A stretch of 64,000 nucleotides of DNA, from contig CAWDML010000001.1 in NCBI GenBank assembly GCA_963803435.1, positions 448,001-512,000 on the forward strand, given 5' to 3'. The translations under genes and the position numbers were made by a program. Every line of letters begins with the position of its first letter. The stretch's first letter is position 1. Shown here piece after piece: positions 27,330 to 39,031 of the stretch. The notes below the pieces were generated by a model. That model had not been told where the DNA came from. It did no database searches and saw nothing but the letters and a program-made list of their open reading frames with translations. Source of the DNA: an uncultured delta proteobacterium. Lineage in GTDB: Bacteria; Myxococcota; Kuafuiibacteriia; Kuafuiibacteriales; Kuafuiibacteriaceae.

Positions 27330-27698
27330 ATGGTCACTCTCGATCACGAGAAGCTCGAGGTCTACCAGCTCGCCGTCGAGTATGCCGACATCGCTGAAGA
27401 GATCGCACAAGAACTGCAACCCGGTCACGCTCACGTCCGCGGTCAGCTTCGGCGGGCATCCGATTCCATCGTGAACAACACCGCCGAGGGCGCCGGAGAG
27501 TTCAATCCACCTGAGAAGGCTCGCTTCTACCGGATGGCACTTCGCTCTGGCACCGAAAGCGCCGCCTCACTCCACACCTGCTTGAGGCGCCGACTCGCCA
27601 ACGAGCAGAAGGTCCAAGCCGCCAGAGCCAAGCTCAAGCGCGTTGTCGAGAGGCTCACGCGCCTCATCAAGTCGATGAACGCACGCCGGGCTGCATGA
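27330..27698 (+). CDS. Four-helix-bundle protein (23S rRNA IVP/bAvd-like)
   Basis: LDHEKLEVYQLA..QLRRASDSIVNNTAEG..KARFYRMALRSGTE is the family signature. Confidence 0.92.
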   Translation: MVTLDHEKLEVYQLAVEYADIAEEIAQELQPGHAHVRGQLRRASDSIVNNTAEGAGEFNPPEKARFYRMALRSGTESAASLHTCLRRRLANEQKVQAARAKLKRVVERLTRLIKSMNARRAA

Positions 27699-27703
27699 TC
27701 GCC

Positions 27704-27771
27704 ATCGGGACCGGGACCGGGACCGGGACCCGGACCGGCTCGCGGTAGCGCTACGCGCTACACGCTCCTAG
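27704..27771 (-). repeat. Right ~68-bp inverted repeat with ACCGGG hexamer tandem
   Basis: Reverse complement is CTAGGAGCGTGTAGCGCGTAGCGCTACCGCGAGCCGGTCCGGGTCCCGGTCCCGGTCCCGGTCCCGAT. Confidence 0.92.
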
Positions 27772-27857
27772 CGTTCCCGATCTGGGAAGGTCCGTGCGGG
27801 CACCGGTGAGGAAGCCGTTTCCTCACCGCGGGCACGGAAGTTGATGACTCGCCGCAG

Positions 27858-29399
27858 GTGGCGCGTCTGCTGTGGATCCCTGTGCTCCTCCTTGCCTGCG
27901 GCCGAGGCCCGCGGAGCGCCGCTCGCGCGCTCCCTCCGCTGGCGAAGGCGACGCTCACCACCGAGCAGACGCTCGCGCCGGCCCACGCCTTCTGGAACCC
28001 ACCCGACCCGCGCAACCCGGAGGTTCCGAGCGACCTCCGAGCGATGCTGGCCGACGGGTTGGGCGATTACACGATCGCGACCGGCGAGACACCGATCGTT
28101 CGCACACCGCCGGGCGAGGAAGCCCCGCCCGCACCCGGCCCGAACGCGAGACGGCTGGTGCGCTTCGTCCACCTCACCGACATCCAGCTCGCCGACGACG
28201 AGTCGCCGACGCGCGTCGCCTCGCTCGACGGTCCGGGCGCGCTCGACGGCGCGTTCCGCCCGCAAGAGGCCGATCTCTGCCGCATACTCAACGCGGCCGT
28301 ACGCACCGTGAACGCCGTCCACGCCGCCGATCCGATCGACTTCGTCCTGACCGGCGGGGACACCACCGACAGCGCTCAGACGAACGAGCTCGAGTGGGCG
28401 ATGGGTATCCTCGACGGCGGCGCGCCGATCGAGTGTGACTCCGGAGAGGACGACGATCCGATCCCCGGCCTCGACAACGACGGTAAGGATCCCTTCCTGC
28501 CGGTGGGCCTCGACGTGCCCTGGTTCTGGATCACTGGCAATCATGACGTCTGCGCGCAAGGTAACTTCGTCATCGACGAACCGGTGATCGAGCGCGCCAT
28601 CGGCGGTCGCGCCGAGACCGGCACGCGCGACTGGAGGCTCCCCGGCGGCCCGGTCGTGACCGGCGAGGTGCCCGCCGATCCGCGCCGGCGGCCGCTCCGC
28701 CGCGCGGAGCTGATGGCTGGGATCGCCGCCGACGGGGACGGCCACGGCGTCGGCCCGGAGCAGCTCGCGCGCGGAAGGGCCTTCTACACCTTCGACATCC
28801 CCGACACCCCGCTCCGCTTCTTCATCCTCGACACCGCGGCAGAGAGCGGCGGCTCCGAGGGGATCATCCACCGCATCGACCTCGAGCAGGTGATCGAACC
28901 CGTCTTGGCCCGCGCCGCCATGGAGCACAAGTGGCTGGTCCTCGCCTCACACCATGCCCTCGGCAGCGTGGGCGACGGCGGCGACTTCGCGGGCCACGCG
29001 CAAGAGGATGCCGTCCCCGCCGACGAGCTCCGGTCCCTCTTCTCCGCGACGCCAAACGTCGTCGCCGCCGTCGTCGGTCACTCGCACGTCCACCGCGTCG
29101 ACTTCGTGCGCACCTCGACCTCAGGCGCCCAAGGCTGGTGGGAGCTCTTCACGAGCGCGCTCTCCGATCATCCGAGCCAGTTGCGCGTGATCGAGATCTG
29201 GGACCAAGACGACGGCTATCTGATGCTGCGCGCGATCGACTTCGACTTCGCCACCGACGGCGACGCGATCGCGGAGGATGGGCGGCGATTGGGCGTGCTC
29301 GATCGCGTCTCGGGATGGTGGGGCAAGGGCACCGGCCAGCCGGAGGACCGCAACGTCGAGCTCTGGGTGAGGAAACCGCCGGCCCGGGGCTCGGACTGA
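27858..29399 (+). CDS. Metallophosphoesterase lipoprotein (calcineurin-like)
   Basis: Lipobox LLLAC; motifs HLTDIQ, GGDTTD, GNHD, SHH and GHSH. Confidence 0.88.
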   Translation: MARLLWIPVLLLACGRGPRSAARALPPLAKATLTTEQTLAPAHAFWNPPDPRNPEVPSDLRAMLADGLGDYTIATGETPIVRTPPGEEAPPAPGPNARRLVRFVHLTDIQLADDESPTRVASLDGPGALDGAFRPQEADLCRILNAAVRTVNAVHAADPIDFVLTGGDTTDSAQTNELEWAMGILDGGAPIECDSGEDDDPIPGLDNDGKDPFLPVGLDVPWFWITGNHDVCAQGNFVIDEPVIERAIGGRAETGTRDWRLPGGPVVTGEVPADPRRRPLRRAELMAGIAADGDGHGVGPEQLARGRAFYTFDIPDTPLRFFILDTAAESGGSEGIIHRIDLEQVIEPVLARAAMEHKWLVLASHHALGSVGDGGDFAGHAQEDAVPADELRSLFSATPNVVAAVVGHSHVHRVDFVRTSTSGAQGWWELFTSALSDHPSQLRVIEIWDQDDGYLMLRAIDFDFATDGDAIAEDGRRLGVLDRVSGWWGKGTGQPEDRNVELWVRKPPARGSD

Positions 29400-29484
29400 G
29401 CCCAGCTCCGCCCGAAAGGAGATCTCGCCGCGATCGGAACGCGAACCCTCGCCGAAACGAGGTCCCGTTGCCGACCGTTCTTCG

Positions 29485-31571
29485 CTAGCGCTCCCGGATA
29501 TGGATGTCCGCGTTGGCGGTGCGGACGCGGACCAGGCTCTTGCCGTCGCCGACCTTTCCCACGGCGCGCAACACCTGGCGGCCGCCCCGATCGAAGATGG
29601 TCTGCTCGAGGTGCCATCCGCTCTGGATGGTGGGCGGGTCGCTCCCGTTCGGGAACTCCGTCTCGAGATCGAAGGTGGCATTGAAGCTGTCCGGGAGCTC
29701 CAGGTTCACGTCCCCGGTGCCCGAGCGAAGATCGATCACCTGCGGCTGCCCTTCGGCTTCGACCACCACCGCGCGCACGTCGCCTCCGCCAGTGCTCGCC
29801 TTCAGCGATCCGGCCACCGGACCGAATCTGGATGTCGCCGCCGCCCGTGCTGGCCACGACGGATCCGCCCGAGGGTCCGACGTGGATGTCGCCGCCGCCG
29901 GTCGACAGGACGGCGCCCTTGTCGGCGCGGTCGAGCTCGAGGTCGCCGCCGCCGCTCTCGATGTGGAGGATGCCGTCCTTCTCGAAGGTGACCGGTCCGC
30001 CGCCGGAGTAGCCCCGGAGCTTCCCCGCGATCCGCGTCAGCTCGACGCTGCCGCCGCCGGTGCGGACCGTACCGTCGAGGCTCGAGTCGGAGACGTGGAC
30101 GTCACCGCCGCCCGTGGTCAGCTTGGCGCTCCCGCGGGTCCGCTCCATCACGATCGACCCGCCACCGGTACCGCCGGAGAAGATGCCCTCGACGTCGTGG
30201 ATGTGAACGTCGCCGCCCGACGAATGAAGGGAGAGATCGAACCGACGCGGGACGAGGATCCGAAACCCGCCGCCGTAGTCCCGCGTCGAGAGGATCACCT
30301 CGTCACCCCTCCTCTTCAGCTCGATCGTCGACCGATCCTCGTCGTCGCTCAGCTCCACCGAGACCCTGTCCTGGTCCCAGCCGGAAGATCTCGAGATCGC
30401 CGCCGTTCCGCAGGTTCGCGCGAAGCCGGCCGCCCGGGGTGGCGTCGATCGCTCGAACGCGCCCGTCCGTGTTCACCACGACCACGCTCTTGGGCACCAC
30501 CGCCTCCCTCACCGCCGGTGACGGCGCAGCGAGGAGCCTCGGCGCCGACTCGACCTCGGTGGTCAGTCCGGCGATCGGGAGCACAAGGAGTGCCAGCACC
30601 ATCACCGCGAGCGCCCGTCCGGCGAGCGGGAGAGAGCCGCGCGAGCGGGCGTCGTCGAGCACCGCACGCAGCCGTTCTTCGAGATGAGCGGTGTGCGCCA
30701 TGCTGAGCGCCATCGCTCCGATGAGCCGCTGGCTGCGAGCGCCGCGTGCGACCTCGAGCAGGTGCTCGGCATAGTCGGGAGGCGGAGTGCCGTCCACCAG
30801 CACGAGATCGTCCGCGGCGTGCTCGCTCTCGCTGCGGAGCCGTCGCGCGGCGAACCAGACCAGCGGATGGAACCAGTAGACCGCGCAACCCGCTTGCGCG
30901 ACGAGCTGCATCAGGTAGTCCCGGCGGACCACGTGCGCGAGCTCGTGCGTGAGCACGACCCGGAGGCGCTCCTCGTTCCAGGTACACGCCTCCACCGGGA
31001 GGAGCACCGCCGGCTCGAGCCAGCCCCACGTGATCGGCGAACGGACGTCCTCACTCAGCCCGAGGTGGAGCCGCGCGACGTTGGTCCGATGGAGGAGCTG
31101 CGTCACCAGGCGCTCCACCTCCGGCGTCTCGAACGGCTTGGCGCGTTCCGCCAGCCGGCGGATGCCGAGATGTCCGAGCAGGCCGCGGAACAGCAGCAAG
31201 ACGGCGCCGATCAGCCAGAGCACGCCGAGAGCCTCGGGGAGCCGCGTCCCGTCGAACACGTACCGGTGGCGATGCTCGGTCACCACCACCGGTGCGGGTG
31301 CGGCGCGGCCGTCCTCCTCGTGGAAGATGCGCACGGGATAGTCGGCCGCTCTGCGGCGTAACCCACGGGACTTGGCCTTCGCAACCAGGCTCTTCTCCAC
31401 GTGCACCGGCACGCGCGGCGCGAAGCGCGTGACGAGCGGGAGCGCGAGAACGCCCGCCAGGGTCAGGGCCCAGACGAAGTGCCGCAGCGCCGCCGAGGCG
31501 CTGCGCAGGCTGAGCGCGATCGCGGCCCCACCCACGAGCAGAAGAGTCACCTTGGCGATCAGTCCGATCAT
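29485..31571 (-). CDS. BlaR1/M56 peptidase fused to DUF4097-like beta-repeats; two apparent frameshifts (~30385, ~29825)
   Basis: TM helices, HELAHV.R.D, WFHPLVW, ESEHAADD. The C-terminal STGGGDI repeats continue across ORFs 29216..30358 and 29485..29817. Confidence 0.85.
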
Positions 31572-31969
31572 CGACGTTTCCCTCCCCGGCGCTTCTGCCG
31601 CGCCTCCTCGATCAGCTTCGCGAGGCGCGAGAGCTCCTCGTCCGACGGCGGCTCCTCACTGACCCCGAGCATGGCGGCGACCGCCGACTCCATGGAGTCG
31701 TCGAAGAACGTCTCCAGGAGGTGTCGAACCGCGCTCCGCCGGACCTGCGCCAGGTTCTGCGTGGGCGTATAGACGTGGCGCGGTCCGTCCCACTCGTGCA
31801 CGAGGAACCCCTTCTCCTCGAGGTATCTGAGCATGCCGCGAACGGCGGAGTAGCTCGGCGGATCAGGCAGGTCGTCGAGGACCTCCTGCGCGGTGGCGCG
31901 TCCCCGACGAAAGACGACGTCCATGATCTGGCGCTCGCGGCGCCCCAGCTCGGAGAGAGACTTCGTCAT
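31568..31969 (-). CDS. BlaI/MecI/CopY family repressor
   Basis: LGRRERQIMDV..ATAQEV..SYSAVRGMLRYLEEKG; overlaps the M56 start (ATGA). Confidence 0.93.
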   Translation of the reverse strand: MTKSLSELGRRERQIMDVVFRRGRATAQEVLDDLPDPPSYSAVRGMLRYLEEKGFLVHEWDGPRHVYTPTQNLAQVRRSAVRHLLETFFDDSMESAVAAMLGVSEEPPSDEELSRLAKLIEEARQKRRGGKRR

Positions 31970-31977
31970 GCGACACC

Positions 31978-32034
31978 GTGCTGATCCGTTGGCGCGGTGC
32001 TAACCCATTAGCACTGCCCGCCGAACCGCGTCAA
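31978..32034 (-). promoter_or_regulatory. Sigma70-like promoter with tandem palindromic operators upstream of the BlaI-like gene
   Basis: GTGCTAA-N4-TTAGCAC (31997-32014) and a degenerate copy at 31978-31995. The -35 TTGACG is at 32029-32034 on the minus strand, and the TG-extended -10 lies inside the operator. Confidence 0.7.
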
Positions 32035-32118
32035 GACGCCTGGGCTCGATTCGATGGTGCGGGGATCGGATGGACTTCGATGGCCGCACCACCTCAGGTC
32101 GAAGGCCGACGACCCGGC

Positions 32119-32880
32119 TCAAGCTTTGAGACGGTAGCCCGTCTTGAAGATCCACCACACCAGCCCGAGGCACGGCGCCAGGAAGCAGAGCGTCATCGCC
32201 AGGCTGATGCCGACGCCGACGTCGGAGACGTCGAAGAAGCTCCAGCGGAAGCCGCTGACCAGATAGACGACCGGATTGAACAGCGTGATCTTCTGCCAGA
32301 GCGGCGGAAGCATCGAGATCGAGTAGAAGCTCCCGCCCAGGAACGTCAGCGGCGTGACCACCAGGATCGGGACCACCTGGAGCTTCTCGAAGCCGTCGGC
32401 CCAGATGCCGATGATGAAGCCGAAGAGGCTGAAGGTGACCGAGGTAAGGACGAGGAAGCCGATCATCCAGACCGGATGAGCGACGTGGTAGGCGACGAAC
32501 ATGCGCGCGGTGAGGAGGATGATCAACCCGAGGACGATCGACTTGGTGGCGGCGGCACCCACGTACCCGATCACGACCTCCAGCGCGGACACCGGCGCGG
32601 AGAGGACCTCGTAGATGGTGCCCGACCACTTGGGCATGTAGATGCCGAACGAGGCGTTCGAGATGCTCTCCGTCAGGATCGAGAGCATCACCAGGCCGGG
32701 GACGATGAAAGCCGCGTACTCGACGCCGTCGATCGCGGTCATTCGCGAGCCGATCGCCGAGCCGAACACGACGAAGTAGAGCGAGGTCGACACCACCGGA
32801 GAGATCACGCTCTGCACCAGCGTTCGAAACCAGCGCGCCAACTCGAAGCGATAGATGGCCCTGATCGCGTAGACGTTCAT
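32119..32880 (-). CDS. ABC-2 transporter permease (YadH-like)
   Basis: Multi-TM; [35 protein letters not shown]. Confidence 0.92.
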   Translation of the reverse strand: MNVYAIRAIYRFELARWFRTLVQSVISPVVSTSLYFVVFGSAIGSRMTAIDGVEYAAFIVPGLVMLSILTESISNASFGIYMPKWSGTIYEVLSAPVSALEVVIGYVGAAATKSIVLGLIILLTARMFVAYHVAHPVWMIGFLVLTSVTFSLFGFIIGIWADGFEKLQVVPILVVTPLTFLGGSFYSISMLPPLWQKITLFNPVVYLVSGFRWSFFDVSDVGVGISLAMTLCFLAPCLGLVWWIFKTGYRLKA

Positions 32881-33803
32881 GATCGCTCGCTCACCAGGCC
32901 GACGAAGATGTCCTCGAGCGAGCTCTGCTTCGTCCTCAGATCCTTGAAGTCGATCCCGAGGTCGCTGAGCTGCCGCATCAGCGCGCCGATCCCGGTCTCG
33001 CGCCCCTGCGTGTCGAAGGTATAGATCAGCTGCGTTCCTCCTTCCGCGAGCTCCAGATGGTATTCCGACAGCGCCTCAGGGGTGCGCTCGAGCGCGCTCT
33101 GGAGCTGTAGGATGAGCTGCCTCTTGCCCAGCTTCGCCATCAACACCGCCTTGTCCTCGACCAGGATGATCTCGCCCTTGCTCATCACACCGATGCGGTC
33201 GGCCATCTCCTCGGCCTCCGCGATGTAGTGGGTGGTCAGGATGATCGTGACGCCCGAGGCTCTCAGGCCGCGGATCATCTCCCACATGTCGCGGCGCAGC
33301 TCGACGTCGACGCCGGCGGTGGGCTCGTCCAGGAACAGGATCTTCGGCTCGTGAGAGAGCGCCTTCGCGATCATCACCCGCCGCTTCATGCCTCCCGACA
33401 GCGTCTGGATCCGGTTGTCCTTCTTGTCCCAGAGGGAGAGATCCCTGAGCAGCTGCTCCATGCGGCCGTCGTCCTGCGGCAATCCGAAGAGCCCACGGCT
33501 GAAGCGCACGGTGTTCCAAACCGTCTCGAAGGCGTCCGTGGAGAGCTCCTGCGGCACCAGCCCGATCAGCCGCCGCGCCCGTCGAAAGTCTGCGATGACG
33601 TCGTAGCCGTCCGCGGTGACCATGCCGCTGCTCGGATTGACGACCCCGCAGATGATACTGATGAGCGTGGTCTTCCCGGCGCCGTTCGGGCCCAGCAAGG
33701 CGAAGATCTCACCGCTCTCGACCTCCAGGTTGATCTGCTTGAGCGCCTGGAAGCCGCCCTGGTACGTCTTCGTGAGATCGGTGATGGAGATGATCGGGCT
33801 CAA
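32877..33803 (-). CDS. ABC transporter ATP-binding protein (YadG-like)
   Basis: [31 protein letters not shown]; TTG start. Confidence 0.94.
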   Translation of the reverse strand: MSPIISITDLTKTYQGGFQALKQINLEVESGEIFALLGPNGAGKTTLISIICGVVNPSSGMVTADGYDVIADFRRARRLIGLVPQELSTDAFETVWNTVRFSRGLFGLPQDDGRMEQLLRDLSLWDKKDNRIQTLSGGMKRRVMIAKALSHEPKILFLDEPTAGVDVELRRDMWEMIRGLRASGVTIILTTHYIAEAEEMADRIGVMSKGEIILVEDKAVLMAKLGKRQLILQLQSALERTPEALSEYHLELAEGGTQLIYTFDTQGRETGIGALMRQLSDLGIDFKDLRTKQSSLEDIFVGLVSERS

Positions 33804-33862
33804 ACGGCTTGCCTCGTAGCGCAGGCGGCCCGTTTCGTGAAGACCAACGCTCCCGCGGCGTC

Positions 33863-33900
33863 TTGACTTCGCAGTATCCTCATAATATTACCACCATACT
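33863..33900 (+). promoter_or_regulatory. Promoter and palindromic operator upstream of the TetR gene
   Basis: TTGACT-N17-TATTAC, overlapped by the symmetric AGTAT-N5-TAATATTA-N5-ATACT (33873-33900), which abuts the ATG. Confidence 0.6.
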
Positions 33901-34515
33901 ATGAGCGCGGGCCCGGGAAGCGCCAAGGCGGAGCAGAAGGAGCGCTCGCACCAGACGATCCTGGAGTCGGCGTCGTGTCTGATCCGCGAGAAGGGCATCG
34001 CCGGCGCTCGGGTCGCAGACGTCATGAGAGGCGCAGGGCTCACGGTCGGTGGCTTCTACGCTCACTTCTCTTCCAAGGAGGAGCTGGTCAAGCAGGCCCT
34101 TCGCCGGACCGGGGATCAGCTCCGGACACGGCTGTTCTCCCGGCTGGAGGAGAAGCCCGAAGAAGCGCGTGCCGAGATCGTTCTCAAGCGGTACCTGTCG
34201 GCGGCCCATCGCGACGACTTCGCGCGGGGCTGTGCGATGCCCGCGGTGGTCGGTGAGATCGGAACGACCGCGCCCGAGCACGCCGACGTATTGAGCGAAC
34301 AGCTCGATCTCTTCGCGCGGGAGCTCGAGCAACGTCTGCCGAAGACCCGGTCGGCCGAGAGCCGCACGCCCTCCAACCGGAACCTGGCGATCGGGCTCGT
34401 CGCCCTGATGTACGGCGGGATCACGCTATCGCGCGCGCTCCGCGGGACCCCGCTCTCCGATGAAATCCTTCGCGCCTGCCGCGCCGTCGGCGCGTTCGTC
34501 GCGCGCAGCCCATGA
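33901..34515 (+). CDS. TetR/AcrR family regulator
   Basis: HTH VADVMRGAGLTVGGFYAHFSSKEEL. Confidence 0.93.
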   Translation: MSAGPGSAKAEQKERSHQTILESASCLIREKGIAGARVADVMRGAGLTVGGFYAHFSSKEELVKQALRRTGDQLRTRLFSRLEEKPEEARAEIVLKRYLSAAHRDDFARGCAMPAVVGEIGTTAPEHADVLSEQLDLFARELEQRLPKTRSAESRTPSNRNLAIGLVALMYGGITLSRALRGTPLSDEILRACRAVGAFVARSP

Positions 34516-34530
34516 GGAAGAGGTCAGATC

Positions 34531-35763
<1,233 letters not shown>

Positions 35764-35777
35764 TAGGTTCGCCGCCC

Positions 35778-36401
35778 ATGAGTCTGGTTCTTCATTACCA
35801 TCCGTTCTCACGCGCCACGACCGTGGTGTGGATGCTCGAGGAGGTCGGGCAACCGTACGAGCTTCGCTACGTCGATCTGAAAGCGGGTGAGCAGCGGCAG
35901 CCCGCGTTCCGCGCGATCAACCCGATGGGAAAGATCCCGGTGCTCACCGACGGAGACACCGTGGTCACCGAGGTCGCCGCGATCGGGCTCTACCTCGCCG
36001 ATCGATACGCGCTCGGGACGCTCGCCCCGCCGCCGGACGCCCCGGAGCGCGGCACGTATCTCCGCTGGAGCGTCTATCCGCCCTCGGTCATCGAGCCCGG
36101 TGCGATGGCCAAGGCCGCCGACTGGAAGTTCGGCGTCGGTCAGGCCGGCTGGGGGGACTACGAGTCGATGCTCACGACGATCGAGCACGCCATCGGCGAC
36201 GGCCCCTGGCTGCTCGGTGAAAGGTTCAGCATGGCCGACGTCATCCTCGGATCGACCGTCCGCTTCATGCTGCGCTTCAAGATGCTGGAGCCCCGGCCGC
36301 GCTTCACGGAGTACGTCGAGCGGCTCTCCAGCCGCCCGGCGTCGCAGGCGGCCGACGCAAAGCACGCCGCCATCACCGCCGAGCGCGGCCTGGGCGGCTG
36401 A
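35778..36401 (+). CDS. Glutathione S-transferase
   Basis: [32 protein letters not shown]. Confidence 0.93.
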   Translation: MSLVLHYHPFSRATTVVWMLEEVGQPYELRYVDLKAGEQRQPAFRAINPMGKIPVLTDGDTVVTEVAAIGLYLADRYALGTLAPPPDAPERGTYLRWSVYPPSVIEPGAMAKAADWKFGVGQAGWGDYESMLTTIEHAIGDGPWLLGERFSMADVILGSTVRFMLRFKMLEPRPRFTEYVERLSSRPASQAADAKHAAITAERGLGG

Positions 36402-36403
36402 CC

Positions 36404-38863
36404 TCACTCCGGACGAAACGCGGCCTCGAGCTCCCGTCCGATCCGGCGGCGATCGATCCGATGGTGGCTCAGGAACCGGCGACCCGCGACGATCCTCCAC
36501 CAAGCGCCCACCAGCGCGTTGACCATGCGATCCGACTCGGCGCGCGACGCAGGCGCTGGATAGCGATGGCCGCCGTCGAGCTTCATCTGCGCCTCGAGGA
36601 CCGGGAGCACGATGGCCGCCAGCGGTCCGCTCGGGGGCGGGACGTCGTTGCGCGCCGGCTGGATCAGGAAGACGTTCGACTCACGCTCGGCGAGGTCGCG
36701 GCTGGTGAGGTGACGCCCCAGCTGGTAGCCCTCCTCCGGGTACGGCGCGCGCTTCGGCAGGGCCCAGAACCAAGCGCCCACCGTGCCGCGGCGCGACCCG
36801 ATGCGGGCCGGCGTTCCCTCGCTGTTGAGGTCCAGGGAGACTCCGAGCGGGAGCACCGAGACCGAGAGGTCCCGCCGGATCTCCTCGGGCGCGGCCTCGT
36901 AGAGGAGATCGATCCCCAGGCTGTGCATGCGCGTGAGATAGATGTCCCCCGCGGCCATCGCGTCCTCGACCGCGCGGCCCGTGATCACCTCGTCCTTGTC
37001 GAACATGCGATCCCGGTACAGCTCGAGCTCGCGGAAGAGCGCCTCCCATTCGAAGAGATCGATCATCGACTCGGTGGGCGCGAGCGTGACGCGGCTGTCG
37101 ACGCTGAGCGCGCTCAGTCGATCGTAGAGCGTGTTGAACGTGCCAATGTAGAGATAGCTCCGATTGAGAAGCCGCGGCGCCGCCTGCCCGTTCTCGCCGG
37201 TGCGCGACCAGTAGTAGCCGGCGACCAGCAGATCGTACGAGTCCCACTCCGCGGGATCGTCCTCGAGCCGGTAATCGCGCGGTAGCCCGTGACCGGTCAG
37301 ACCTACCAGGGCCTCCTCGAGCGGGCCTCTCAGCGCGGTCCAGTGCGCGACGACTTCGGCTACCCGCGACTTGCGGTACAGCAGGATCGAGGTCTCGAGC
37401 TTGCGCGGCAGCCCGTACAACCGGAGCGCCACGTGGTCCGGCACCATCGCCAGGTCGAGCGCGAGCGGCTGAAACGAGGCGAGCAGTGCTTCGAGCTCGG
37501 CATCCCGGCCGCGGTCCTTGAGGTAGACGTCGATCGGTACGATCAGGTCGGACTCGACCAGCGGGCGCAGCATGCTCTCTTCGACCTTCACCAGGCTCAC
37601 CGTTGGGTCGGCGCGAAGGTCGTCCTCGACGTCCTGAACCGAGCGGTAGCGTGAGATCGGCACCTCGAAGCCGTGCGCCTCACCGAAGGGGATCAGCGCC
37701 TCCTTTCGGATCCAGTCCTCTTGCTCCGTCATCATCCGCAGCATCACGTGCAGCCGCGGGAGCGGCGCCAGGACGTGATAGGTGACGCCGCCTGCGATCA
37801 GAGCCACCAGGAGGAGCAGCCCCAGCTTGACGAGCCGCGAGAGCGACGGCGGAGCCGGAGCCAGCAGCTTCGTGGCCGGCTCGCCGCTGGACACGGTCGC
37901 GTGCGCGGCGGTCGGAACCTCGGCGACCCGCGTCGCCTCCCTCTCGGGCAGGAGATGCGAGCCGAGGTGTCTCCGGAGCGACTCTGCGGACAGCTCGACG
38001 TTGCGTGCGCGACAGGTCTCCTTCAGCGACTCCAGGAAGGCACGCGCGGAGCGAAAGCGCTGCGCCGGATCGAGCGCCATGGCGGTCTCGATCATCGCCG
38101 CGATCGCGGGAGGGATCGCGGGATCGACCTCGCGCGGGCGGACGTAGTTGCCCTCCGCGATGTCGGTGAGCAAACCCATGTCGCTGCCGTCGCGGAACGG
38201 GTGCTCGTTCGTGATCAGCTCGTAGAGCACCGTACCGGCCGCGTAGATGTCGCTCTTCTGATCGACGCCCTGCCGCTTCACGTACTCGGGGGCCATGTAG
38301 CGATACTTGCCCTTCAGGCTCCCGGTCGCCGTGCGCGAGCTGCCCGCAGCCTTGGCGATACCGAAATCCGCGAGCTTCACCTCGCCCTCGAAGGACAGGA
38401 GGATGTTCTGCGGGCTGACGTCGCGATGGACGATCTGGAGGGCCCGTCCCTCGGCATCCGTCTTCTCGTGCGCGTATCGGAGCGACTCGAGGAGCTGCGA
38501 GAAGACGAAGAGGGCCGCGCTCTCGGGGATCTTGACGCCGGACTCGCGGGCCTTCTTGAGCACGTATCCGAGATCCCGGCCGCGAACGTACTCCATCGCG
38601 ATGAAGTGCACGCCGTCGGCGCAGTCGAAGTCGAACACCTGGACGATGTTGGGATGCTCGAGCTTCGAAGCCAGCCGCGCCTCGTCGACGAACATCCGGA
38701 CGAAGGTCTCGTCTTCGGCGATGTCCGGGAGGATGCGCTTGATGATCAGCTCCTTCGCGAAGCCCTCGGCGCCGTAGGTGGCCGCGCGGAACACCTCGGC
38801 CATCCCGCCCACGGCGATGCGCTCGAGGAGGACGTACTTGCCCAGTCGGAAGCCGTCGATCAT
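36404..38863 (-). CDS. Membrane Ser/Thr protein kinase with extracellular solute-binding-like domain
   Basis: GGMAEVF, HRDVSPQNIL, DFG, YMAPE, then one TM helix. The C-terminus has LYGLP..E..ILLYRK and G.W.WALPK, which resemble SBP motifs. Confidence 0.9.
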   Translation of the reverse strand: MIDGFRLGKYVLLERIAVGGMAEVFRAATYGAEGFAKELIIKRILPDIAEDETFVRMFVDEARLASKLEHPNIVQVFDFDCADGVHFIAMEYVRGRDLGYVLKKARESGVKIPESAALFVFSQLLESLRYAHEKTDAEGRALQIVHRDVSPQNILLSFEGEVKLADFGIAKAAGSSRTATGSLKGKYRYMAPEYVKRQGVDQKSDIYAAGTVLYELITNEHPFRDGSDMGLLTDIAEGNYVRPREVDPAIPPAIAAMIETAMALDPAQRFRSARAFLESLKETCRARNVELSAESLRRHLGSHLLPEREATRVAEVPTAAHATVSSGEPATKLLAPAPPSLSRLVKLGLLLLVALIAGGVTYHVLAPLPRLHVMLRMMTEQEDWIRKEALIPFGEAHGFEVPISRYRSVQDVEDDLRADPTVSLVKVEESMLRPLVESDLIVPIDVYLKDRGRDAELEALLASFQPLALDLAMVPDHVALRLYGLPRKLETSILLYRKSRVAEVVAHWTALRGPLEEALVGLTGHGLPRDYRLEDDPAEWDSYDLLVAGYYWSRTGENGQAAPRLLNRSYLYIGTFNTLYDRLSALSVDSRVTLAPTESMIDLFEWEALFRELELYRDRMFDKDEVITGRAVEDAMAAGDIYLTRMHSLGIDLLYEAAPEEIRRDLSVSVLPLGVSLDLNSEGTPARIGSRRGTVGAWFWALPKRAPYPEEGYQLGRHLTSRDLAERESNVFLIQPARNDVPPPSGPLAAIVLPVLEAQMKLDGGHRYPAPASRAESDRMVNALVGAWWRIVAGRRFLSHHRIDRRRIGRELEAAFRPE

Positions 38864-39031
38864 CCGGCCCGGTCATTCTCGCAGGATCTCCCGAGAATCG
38901 GGAGCCCGCGCATCAGCGATCGCGCGGTGTTTGGGCGAGCGGCGAGGTCGGGGAGAGGGAACGAACCTGGATCCTCCGGCCGTGGGTCATCGGCCTGGAC
39001 CGACTATCCGGGAGCGAGCCGCTGTAATCAC

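Larger units (their letters stand above)
25999..27771. mobile_element. CTAG-bounded non-autonomous IS1182-derived cassette with a passenger gene
   Basis: Inverted repeats at 25999-26068 and 27704-27771, with the first 20 bp identical (CTAGGAGCGTGTAGCGCGTA). The interior is visibly lower in GC and holds a transposase remnant. Confidence 0.85.

Noticed and set aside
27330-27698. Diversity-generating retroelement suggested by the Avd-like protein
   Set aside because: No reverse transcriptase or TR/VR pair with adenine-specific mismatches was seen in the window.
31997-32014. CIRCE/HrcA element (TTAGCAC half-sites)
   Set aside because: The half-sites are in the opposite order with N4 rather than N9 spacing, and no chaperone genes are nearby.
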